64,000 nucleotides of DNA from positions 19,902,001-19,966,000 of the forward strand of contig JBHGNT010000004.1 of assembly GCA_043228905.1 (NCBI GenBank), read 5' to 3'. Below are positions 13,810 through 25,000 of the stretch, in pieces (position 1 is the first letter of the stretch; every line of letters begins with the position of its first letter). The position numbers and the translations under genes were made by a program. A model generated the notes under the pieces. It searched no databases. It saw nothing but the letters and a program-made list of their open reading frames with translations, and was not told the DNA's origin. The stretch comes from Azolla caroliniana (lineage: Eukaryota > Plantae > Polypodiophyta).

Positions 13810-14598
13810 CCCCGGCTTGCCGTGTCAGTCTCTGTTACTTCGACGGAGCTACTGAGATCTACGAAGCGAGTGTGGAGGATCCTCCTCTGGCCTCTCTTGC
13901 CATCCTGATCCCGACCCTGCGCAGTCCACTAGGCACTTGTCACTTCGTTCTCGGCACCTCCCTTGTGCCGCCTTCCGCTTCCTTCGTTCGACCCGCCCGC
14001 GCCGAACACCGTCCCGTAGTCACGCTTCGATCCGGCCCGTGATGGCCACTTGCGAGACTCTTGTTCCACCCAAGGTGTGCCTTTCCGGCCTGACACACCT
14101 CTCCGTGTTTGCCCTTACCGGCTTCTTCCGAACTTTGTGTCGTCGGGTCCCGTTCCCTGCCGCCACCGTCCTTCTCTCTCGGTCTCACGTTGCCACGTTG
14201 GCCGAACTGCCGGAATCTCCGGATCAGTGTGAGGGTCCCATAGGACCGGACTCCGTTTTTTATGCTTGCCAAAACTCGGGTGTCTTTTGTTTCAGTCCCT
14301 CCCAGACTCTCCTCGTGTCTTCCGCTTAGCCGGGTCCCGTTTCCCGCCGCCACCTTCCTTCTCCCTCGGTCTCACGTTGCCACGTTGGCCGAACTGCCGG
14401 AGTCTCCGGAACCGGTGTGGGGATCCCGTAGGACCGGACTTCCTTACGTCCATTGTCTTCGTCACCTCGCCGCCACCATCAGTATCTTGGTCTTACGTCG
14501 ACCGCGTTCCTTCGCTTGGGACTCACGTGGGTACTCGGGCCCGACTGCCATCGTCTCGGGAGCAAGTGTGGGAAGACACAAAGAATCACCCGTCGGCT

Positions 14599-15927
14599 TT
14601 ACGCCCTTGTGCGTAGCCACCGACTCTTCGTGGTCGGCGGTCGTCTTCTTACCGATCGCGCAAGCCCCGTCTGGGCTTGCTTCTCCAATGACTGGGATCT
14701 CGGGCTGACACGCCCGAGACCGCTGGTCCCAACGTTCCCGTTCCGCGATCGGTATCTCGGCCTCATCCTTGGGGTCGATCGCTCCGCACCCTCTCCCACA
14801 TCGTCGCCGTCGTGGTCGCCCGCCTTGCCGCCGCCACCGCCCGTCACCCTAGGTCTCATACCGGCTCTCGGGCCAGTTGCCGGAGTCTCTAGGCCCGGTG
14901 TGTGTAAGGTCGCGGCACCACCGCCCGTCTTCTCCCCGCTCGATGCTTCGGGCCTCCGTGCCCGAACTCCCTCATGTCCGCTCGACTCGGCGATCGCCGC
15001 CTCACCGTCCCCGACCTCGTCCTCGGTCGATCTTTCTCCGTATGTCGAGAGGGTGGCTCGTCTCGCACCCTCTCCCGTGGTACCAATGTACCATTCTCTT
15101 TCGGCCTCCTCATCCTCCAATCGCCTCCGGCCCGACTCCATAATAAGCCCTTCTTCGGCTTCGATTTTCCCCTCTTCCTCGAGCATCGCTTTGAGAGCTT
15201 CGTACGCCTCCGCAATCCTAGCCCCTACGCCAACCCTTGCCGACTCTCTTTGCCGTTCGGCCTCTTCCCGTTGTGATGGTATGCCGTCGCGTACCTTCCT
15301 CTTAGCCTTCTCAGCTCGCTCGTTGTCTAGCCTTTGGCACAACCTTCCAACCTTCGACCAGTCCTCCGTAAGCCCATTCGCTCCATCATTGTCTTCGAGC
15401 TCAATCCCGATGGCTTCCCGTTCCGCTCGGTTGATTGACCTGACGAACAAAAGGACTTTGTCCGCCCCCACCAAACCTTGTTCCCGCTCTAGGAGCCGAG
15501 CAAGTCGTCGCTCGAACTCCCGGAACGCCTTCGTCGCACCCCGGTGGGTCTTTGCCGATGCTACCCACTAGTCGAAGTGGTGTCGTCCCCGGCTCGTCCG
15601 CCGTCCTCCGTATGCCTTCAGGAGCACCTCTTCGAAGGACTCCCACGAACCATGAGCCTCACGGAGCTCCATTACTTCCGCATGCATCCGGACAGCTACG
15701 ACCCGGCAGAAGAACTCCAGCCTCAACGCCTCGTCTACACCACGCTCTTCCATTTCCTCGTTGTAGGCTCCGAAGTAAGATGGGACTTTGTCCCCGTTGA
15801 AACGGCCGACTCTTTCGACCACTCGCCCAACCGCTTGTTGCGCTGCTTCTCGCCTCATCACCACTTGTGCCGACTCCAACACCACTTCGGCCACCATCTC
15901 CACAAGGTCGTCGTCTTCCAACTCCAT
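14599..15927 (-). pseudogene. Gypsy-type gag-like ORF split by an in-frame stop
   Basis: ORFs 15568-15927 and 14599-15474 lie just downstream of the PBS. They contain GRFNGDKVPSY...SWESFEEVLLKAY, which resembles retrotransposon gag. Confidence 0.6.
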
Positions 15928-18900
15928 CCTCCCTTGCCGCCTTTCACGTCGGGTTCACCAAAGATGTCGCATTGTTACGCACGTGCGTGGTGAAAGGCGG
16001 GACCACAGGGGTCTTGGACTAGGGAGCGACGGAGCATAGGAAGTCGTGCTTCACTACTTCTGGGGCATCTCAGAAACACACCGGAAGCAACCGAAGGGAG
16101 AGAGCGAGAGAGAGAGAGCGCGCCTAACACCGACTCACGCACCCTATGTACAAGAAACGCAGGGAAGGAGGGGAGCACCCGACACCAACAAGACGCCAAT
16201 ATACACAGACAGACGCAAACGTATATGTATATATATATAAGGAGAATACACTCCCGACTTCGAGCCGGACTGAGGTAGGTTACAGTAGTCGTCTGCTGCC
16301 ACGCCGCCGTCGGGCAGCTCACGGGCTCGTCGCGCCAAGCGAGGTCTTGCGCAGGAGATGAGCTGAAGCAAACCCTAAGCGAACCCGAAGGGGGGAAGAA
16401 GAAGAAGCAAAAGAAACCTAACCCTAAACCTACCGGTATACCCTCTAATGCAAAAATGGGCAACCCTTACACAAAGGGCGTTCCCTTCCTTTTATAGATC
16501 AAGGAAAGGGATGCGCTACAATGTGGGACAAATCCCGACTTACATGGGATCGTCTGTCCCGACTTGACTACTCTTCGGCGCCATAAAGACGCCCTCGATA
16601 TTCACACTAAATGTACATGGGTGCGTACACACGCTGCACCCCGCCGATGTAGCCAATGTTTCCCGGTTTTCCCCTATGGCCGAAATTCTTCACGACAGCG
16701 TCTCCTTTCGCAACGAGTCGTGCTTTGCAACGATTTACGGAGCCGTCAACATTGTATTTCACTTTGTAAATCCATCGACAGCCAATCGCTTCTTGTGCGG
16801 CGTGTGAGGGACGAGATCCCATGTCTCGTTTTTGCATAACGCTTCCATTTCCTCATGCATTTCATCGACCCATCGTGGATCCTTTACGGCTTCGGAAAAT
16901 GTCTCTGGCTCTCGTACTGATGCTACCTTCATCATGAAGGCGTAATGGTACGCCATATAATTGTTGTAGCCGAAGCGGCTTACGGGGTTCTTTTCACGGG
17001 TGGATCGGAGGAGCTTCTCTTTTGCGAATGCTAAGGCTTTCTTCGCTCCATCTGTCCGGATGATTGGGATATCCAGGCCTTCGAATTCACTGTCAAGGGA
17101 GTGAGTTGACGCAGGTTCTTCTCATTCATCATAGCCCGTGCGACTTCTACTATGTGCCGGTTTTTACGCTCAGCTACATCGTTCTGCCGAGGTGTGTGAC
17201 GGCATGAGAATTCTCATCGAATTCCTTCCTTTTGGAGATACATCGTAAACTCATCCGAAAAGTATTCTTTGCCTCCATCCAATTGAAGGCAGCGTACATG
17301 CCGACCCGTAGTTTTTTCGAGTTCGGCCTTGAACCTCTGGAAGTGTCCGAACACTTCACTCTTCTATCTCATCTGGTAGATCCAAGTGTGCCTAGAGAAG
17401 TCGTCGATGAACGTGACATAATATCGGCATCCTCTGAGTGTGCTTTTCTAGGCCGGTCCCCATACATTTGAATGTACGACATCCAGGATCCCTTTGCTCA
17501 CATTCCGCTCTTTTGGTAATGGATGTCGGCGTTGCTTTCCGAACTGGCACGCTTGGCATATGCCTGTAATCTTTCCGTGGTAAAATTCGGGAGTCCGATT
17601 ACGACTCCTTTCGATTGCATGTTCTGGAGTTTTTGGAGATTGATGTGGCTGATTCTCGTGTGCCACAGGTTTATGTCAATTTCAACTTTAAGCCCTTTGC
17701 GAAAATGGTTGACTTTACCTTGTTCAATTCGAGGATAAACATACGGCCTTCTCGTCATCCGTGGGCTACGACTTGTCCGCCCCTTTCGATGAAGCACCCA
17801 TCATTGTTGAGTCATACCTACATTCCCTGTTCGAAAATTTGGTCGACCGAGACTAGGTTTTTCGTGATGGTAGGGACATGCAGTACGTTCTTGAGATAGG
17901 TTTGTTTGCCGTTGTTTCTGAATGGGACGTTCCCGATATGCTTTATTGGATGAGTCGTGTCATCTCTTGTCTCGACATATCCGGGTCGTTCAGGTTTTCG
18001 TAATTCCCGAAACCAATCTTCATGAGACGTCATGTGGTTAGATGCTCGAGTCAACAAACCATACGTTATTTGAGGCGGAGGTGCTAGTTGAGGCCCATGC
18101 TGACATCGAGTGTGCTTCGTGCCTCATTACGAACATTCCGTTACAATCGTCGTAGTCAGAATTCGTGGCGTAATTTGTAAACATTCCGCTACGATCATCG
18201 TAGTCGGAATTCGATGCGTAATTCGTGAGTTGTCGGCTAGTTGACGTCGAGTCTCGTACCTTTTTCCGGCACTCCTCTTCATATTGGCCATGTTTTCCAC
18301 AGTACCCGTATTCAATCGGGTTGTTACGATTGCTTGGTCCGGCATGATGACTCCCCCTTCTGCTCCCAAGCAGGATAGTCGGCATGTGTTGGGTTGGGTT
18401 GAGTTTCATGAGCTCCTTCAATGTAGCTCCAGTAACCTTGTCCTACAAGGTATTGATGCATCTTGTATTCCCAAGATGCGAAGTTCGTTCTATCAAGCTT
18501 CTCGATAGGAAGAGCACTTCCCATCGAATGTTCATTATGTCGATTTCTTCTCTGTTGATGAGCCAATTCTATTGATCGTCGGCGTGTACCACAACACAGT
18601 TGAATAGATTCGATTAAGCAACCACTCGCTCGGATACCATGTAAAGAAATGAGGAGCAAGGGTGGCTAAAATGCAACAGGACTATGTGTGTGTGTGTGTA
18701 CGTAAGGCAAAACACAGAGAGAGAGAGAGAGAGAGAGAGAGCTTGAGACAGAGATAAGAGACTGTATGTATAGTTAATAATGGGAAGTTGAGTTCGACTC
18801 TCAATAGTATGTATGTATAGTTAATAATGTTTTGATGAATAGATCATGTTTCGTTACTTGCTAGGGGAGGCAAGGGTAGCAAAGAGTGTGGATGTAGCTA

Positions 18901-19989
18901 GAGGATCAACCCAAAAACCGATTCATTGTGGCTTTTCTTTTCTTCCCTCTCACCTCAAAAGGAGGTGCCCTTATATAGGATTTCCCATATAGTCAGAACG
19001 TGCCATGCATAGTCACTTAGTGCACATACTTTAAACTTCTCATAAGCTAAGGAATAAGCATCTGCCATCACTTGACACACATGCTTTGGCTTGCACTTGC
19101 GTTTTCCTAATTAATTTAGCTTTAACTAATTTCTCATATAAGAAAACTATTCAACATATCAAGGGAAGCTTGACGGTAGGTCAACATTCTGGTAACAGTT
19201 GTTTATAACTAATGGAAGGATATTTTTTGGAAAAAAAAACGATTCAACATATAGTTGTTACCCTTTTGCTATTTATTGTGCTTCATGGGATTGGATGTGT
19301 AAGGTTTGAATCTTTTCCTTACAATTATTCCATTTTGTTTGTACAATGTTTAGGTTATCTTAAATGTTATGCTTTTGTGTAGTTGTTTACAACAAGAATC
19401 TATCCTTGGTCTTGAGGTTGTTTCATAGCATTTTCCAAGGGCAATAGAACACCACATTCTCAATTTCATCTTCATTTATGGTTCTCAACCCGTGTACCTT
19501 TTCCATTGGTGACAAGTTAGTGTTGTACAATGAAGAGCAACAACTTATGTCCTCCTAAGCAAGCAAGCACAAATATAGGTCAACAACCATGAGTCTTTTA
19601 GGCACTCATTAAACACATTGATTAAACCATGTCCAACCTATCTTTGTTGTCAATAAGGTCAATGTAGATAACCCAACAATCATTATATTAGCCTTCTCTT
19701 AATGCATCTTCATCATTGATTATTCAGTTGTATGATCTAGTGGCTACTCATCGAAAAGATCATATATCTTATTAAATGAGTCTTAAAAGTAAACTAATAA
19801 AGTGGTAGAGGAGTAGATAATAGGCTTAATCAAAGGACACTAAGATATCAATTACACATGTGATTATACCAATGTATATTATACCAAAAACCATAAAATT
19901 AGGATAGTATTTTGCTAGATGTTTTTCTCATGCTAATAGAAGCACTTTTCCTGCTAGTAGTTTTTATTAATAAGATACATAGCCAATCA

Positions 19990-20580
19990 CAAGATAGTAT
20001 CCATAGCCAATCATCAAGCTTTCGAGGCATGTTCATAACTCAAGATACTAGCTCCTACTATAGCACTATGGCAAGTTGGCTTTTTGAAAACGGCCTAAAT
20101 ATTAATAACCTACATCCTCTTAGGTACTACCATGAGACAGTTAAAACTTTAATCTCTCATGGGGATTGTAAGAAAGTGATACGTCAAGAAATATGGCAAA
20201 CTTATACTCGACATAGATAGATCAAGCCACTAGAGCCACTCCTATCTAAAAGGAACATTTCATGCATTTCTTTGGGTTTGGTTTTATTATACTACCAAAA
20301 TATTTAGAAATGTTCTTATCAAATGCACTAAGAGTTTGATAACTTAAGAGAATAACCCCACCAACTTGAGATTGAAAATGATCGTGTTAATGGTTCCTAG
20401 AGAGGAAAGAATATGTAGATTATGTCACAAAGAGGGAGGACAAATACCATTTTACTTGAAAATGTCCAACTTATGTCAAAATAGGACAAAAATATCAAAA
20501 CATACTTGAACCATCTTCAAATAATTGTATACCTCGAACATAAAGACTCTAGGTAGGTATATCTTAGAGTTAAAACAACA
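19990..20580 (+). mobile_element. Decayed non-LTR retrotransposon (LINE) 3' fragment
   Basis: HQLEIENDR, then after a frameshift VPREERICRLCHK and a later CPTY (about 20360-20480). This is the C-terminal Zn-binding region typical of LINE ORF2. Boundaries are approximate. Confidence 0.6.
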
Positions 20581-22089
20581 TAGAGAGAGTGACCCCACCT
20601 AGAAGCTACAATCATGATAACATTTACATCGACACCATGGACCACACCCGCATCAAAACCTTTCCACCCTCCACTCTTTTTCGAGAGACTTGGATGGAAA
20701 TGAAACTAGTCTTAGCACATAACATTTTTGTAATCATCTCATGGGTCAAATTTCATCTTCAGAGGATGTTAATATTTCTTTCTTTCTTTCTTCTTTCTCA
20801 ATGGTTCATGCTTGTTCACATATAATATATGCAAGTCCAACAAAAATTAAAGATATCGGACCTAATGAACATGATATCACGACCAAATGTTGAAGCATAC
20901 GCACGTCATGTTGCAATATAACTATCTTTGACATCAATTATTAGTATCAACAACATACAACTACAAAAAGAATCATTGAACCTTAATGATATATCCCCAT
21001 GTTATGTTTGCATCGATCACTTCTTCACAACAATCCATCTTTTTATTGATAGTGGTATTTGAGCTCACTTGCATGAATGACTCCCTAAAATTAGTTCACA
21101 TGTGGATTAAAGGAAATAATGGCTTGATTGAAAACAAGATAGATATAAGTTGTCATATTCATGTGTACAAAAGGTCAAAATAAAAGTTGGCAATCTACAA
21201 GGTCATGGACTTCTACTGAAAAGGACATTGGCCAATTGATAGAAAGTACAGGTTGACAACCCAAGCTGCAACAACGGTGACAAAGGAGTTATGCAAGGCT
21301 TGCATGAATGTGAAACTAAAGATTGGAGACATGGAAATAGATCATTATTTATTCATCCAACACTCAACTTCCCACTCTATAACCCTAGGGAGCCAATCAT
21401 TACAACAACTAGAACGCTAAGTGTTTCAAAAAACTATAACCATTTCAATTTACATGATTTCATTTTAAGGGCTTAGGGTTTACAGTTTACGATTTATATT
21501 TTCAAAATATTTAAACACTTCAATTTGGGGAAGTCGAGTTTGAGACTCCTAAACCCAACCAAACCAAATTTTTGCAGACTGCTACTTTATATTATTGGGT
21601 AATGGCTATCAGAAGATGACCCTCAAATATAATTCAATGCTAGACTAGCTTTATGAATGATTTTCCTTGTCTATTGGCATTCCCTAGACAATCATAAAGA
21701 AAATATGGCTTCGAATGGATAAACATAATTTTCAACAAAATGCCTTCATAAGCTATGTTTCTGTTTTACTCAATGGACTCTTTTATCAAATTAAAACATA
21801 AGTTAAGTAAGAAACAACTGCCACTCTGCCACACGGCCTTAGTTATAAGATACTTGATGTCCCTATTCTTTATCTTTCTTTTCTGACCTTTGGCTGTTCC
21901 TCAACTTTATTGACATATTCAGGGTAAAACGTTGCAACACCCTAACTTGACTTTATAAAAATTGCCTAAATAACTTGAAATAACTGCAGCTCCTTAAATA
22001 ACTTGAATTCATGCATTAGGTTTTGGTGGTCACAAATGCAAGTATCAAAGAGAGTAAGTGTTTAGCTCTCATGGGATTGACCTTGACAA

Positions 22090-25000
22090 TCAGCTTCTGA
22101 AGGTAACAAAGAGGATGTTGCCATTAGTCAAGTAATGAAAAATTGGGTGCTACCTACATAAAATATGCATTGATATACAACAAATTTCAAAATTGGGTGG
22201 GACCTACATAAATTTAGGTACGAATGTAGGTTTATGGTTTTACTAAATTCACAAACCTACACTATCCGAGGCTATGTTGGCTAACATGAGCCACCAAATA
22301 AATATATGTATGAATGTAGGTTTATGGTTTTACTGAATTTACAAACCTACATTATCCAAGGCTATGTTGGCTAATATGAGCCATCAATAGGGAGAGAAAT
22401 CATACTCGAGTTTCAAGAACAAGATAAAAAATAAAATAAAATCACATCAAGAACAAATATATCCAACCTCTAAAATACTAAACGCCATCTTTTCGTGAAA
22501 CATAAATATAAAAACATTCAGGCCAAAAAATGCACTTCGTCCTAAATTTTCCTAAGATCATTTCATTAGTTTGATCATATCATGACTTTTAAATATACAA
22601 AGAGCAATTAGACACCTTGTTCGTTCTTTATTGTTGAATTGACAACATGCTTAACTTTCTTCTTGGCAAAGAGCACAATACATAGTGAGGAGCACCCCAA
22701 AAATATAAATATATATAACTACTTGTAAAGTAGTTGGAGCTGAAAATTGTCGAGTTTACCTCCTTTGGCCTTCATGAGAGACTCCTGAGCTAGACACCAC
22801 ACTTTGTTGAACTTGCATAGGAGGGATGGGGGGAGGCAGTGCCATAACCGGAGCTGGAGCTAGAGCTGGAGCTGGAGTTGGAGCTGGAGCTGGAACTAGA
22901 GCCGGCGCCTGAGCCGGAGCCGAAGGATTGTTAATTTGCGGAGTTGCAAAGGTCTGCTGGTGTTGCCCTGGTATAAAAGGTAGGGGGGGTGGTACACACA
23001 ATGTCATTGCTTGTTGGGCACCTGGGTTTTTTTGCATACCCAAAATACAAATCTTACATGAGATAAGCCAAGATTTTGCCATACCACTTTTGATGCAACT
23101 TCTAATACCATGCCAAATACGTTCATGGTTTGCTACGATTTTTAAGTGCAACTAATAATACATTAAAAGGTTAGGCCAAAATACTTAATACAGCTTCTAC
23201 AACGAATGTTGATTTCATGTGTTTCCTAACACCCTTAGTAATGGTAACCACTTTAAATCATTTCTAATACAATGCAGATTTAGACGGTTTCTTTTAGAAA
23301 CAGAGGTCAGGTTCAGGGTAGACTTTTTCAATACAAACTATACTATAATGCAGCTTTTCTTAATACGGCTATAATAACAAGAAAATCTTGTTATATGAGC
23401 AAGGCAGTTCATGTCATCACTTTCAGTACAACTTCTAGCAGGCTTAGAGGATTTCTTTTCACATGAACAGTGAGAAGCAGTACAAAGTACTAATACTTTT
23501 AGTTCTTTCCAAAAGATTCAGACTCAGGCGATTTTTTACATGAAAATTTCAGTTAATTTGACCATATGAGATAGGCCATTTTAATTACCAGCTTTTATTC
23601 GAATTCCTGTAGGAAGCTGTTTAACAGACTCATCTCAGTACATTTTCTAAAAAATTCTATCAGAACATTGTCTCACACCTGTTTTCATGGCTTGCATCTT
23701 TATTCTCTCTGAAGTTCTAAATCTTGGATTCCAGCAACTACTAGTAATTAATGATTACTCTTACGAGCACTAACCAATCAAAATTCTTTATTTACAGAGT
23801 GAAGATGTCTCCATTTTATCTCTTTTATATCCCCATAATAATGGCATGTGAGACTAGACTTTAAAACATCTAGTATCTGTAACATTTTTCTTTCACGATA
23901 CTTAAAAAGTTGAGATTGGTAATGAATGCATATACCTCTATGTCTTGGCTGGGATTGTTGCCCAGTCTGGAGCGGCTGTGGTGGTGGTGGCATTGGTCCC
24001 TGCACCATCAGTGTTATATATGAAAAATCCTCCATCCCAAAAATGGTAAAAGCAATCAAACAAGAACAGACCAACAAAACAAAATAAAAATGGTCACATA
24101 TCAAGAATAGCAACTTTTGATATCTCTACTATGTGCCACTGTTATCCAAGGATGAAAACTTTTATATGACACAAACATTTGTATGATAAACTTCTTTAAT
24201 CATTGGACTCAGCTCTTAGATGCATCTATCCATGTTCACGACCTACGCAATCGTTTACAATGTTCTTAAAAGAGCGAAAGTCATCATTACCTCAAGCAAC
24301 ACAGTTTTATTTCACACGACCTATTTACTCTGATCTGCCACACTACAAGCTACTACCCTCGAGTTTTATGTCTACGTAGAAGACGATATACTAATCTCTG
24401 AAGGTCTTCTCAACCTTAGAAATATCCAATATATTAAGGATTTCATAGATGTCTACTTTAGGCATAATCTTAAGAAACCATTCTGAGGTTAATTTTGATG
24501 GGTTAAGGATAGGACTGACAGGAAACCAACTATCGTCAGAATTTGGGCGATAGTTGGTTTCCTGTCAGTCCTATCCTTAACCCATCAAAATTAACCTTTA
24601 TAGTAGACATTTATGGTAGGACGAAGCTCTTTCCTTCAGATTCTAGTTGTAATATTTGTCTTAAGGCCATTTTGGCCTCTTAAAAGATGTTAATATATCT
24701 TTCTCTAGAATATGCAACTCTTTAAATGCCTTCTCTCTTCCCCTTTTCCAAGATATTCCCTCTTATTCCTCATTTATTATACCTGTTTAGTAGTACAAGA
24801 GACACTTAACTACCAAACAACCATGTCACCCACATTCCCCAATTTGTATAAATAGGTTATATACCAGCCTCTTTTGTAAGAACTTTATTTTTGCTGCTAC
24901 TTGCAAATAGGCTGCGTCTCTCTACTCTTTGCAACTACTTTGCAAATGCTGTCTAACAGCATTCTCACAGTTTGGATATGTCTATTGTCTCTAGCAATTG

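Larger units (their letters stand above)
12166..16697 (-). mobile_element. Non-autonomous LTR retroelement (gag-like only) with a tRNA-Trp PBS and 4-bp TSD
   Basis: Near-identical LTRs at 12166-12900 and 15965-16697 (TGTCGC...CACGACA). Plus-strand TTCACGTCGGGTTCACCA (15943-15960) equals the plant tRNA-Trp 3' end as I recall it. PPT at 12901-12912. TSD GCTT/GCGT inside the host RT. No RT/INT motifs seen internally. Confidence 0.88.
10334..18806 (-). mobile_element. Ty1/copia element (degenerate), inserted in a (TATG)n tract and carrying a nested element
   Basis: LTRs 10334-10666 and 18640-18806, the latter internally deleted. TSD GTATG/GTATG. iMet-type PBS at 18628-18639. Gag MGSALPIEKLDRTNFASWEY, INT, RT (YVDDL) and RNaseH (TKHIGVHYHF) are present. 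Confidence 0.92.

Noticed and set aside
12877-15571. Long overlapping ORFs on both strands (e.g. 14453-15571 +, 372 aa)
   Set aside because: GC-rich TE interior. These are antisense shadows with no recognisable domains.
15943-15960. tRNA-Trp gene
   Set aside because: Only the 3' 18 nt including CCA are present, next to an LTR. It is a primer-binding site.
22219-22384. Two ~75-bp direct repeats with a weak internal hairpin
   Set aside because: A short, diverged local duplication in intron/UTR sequence with no sign of function.
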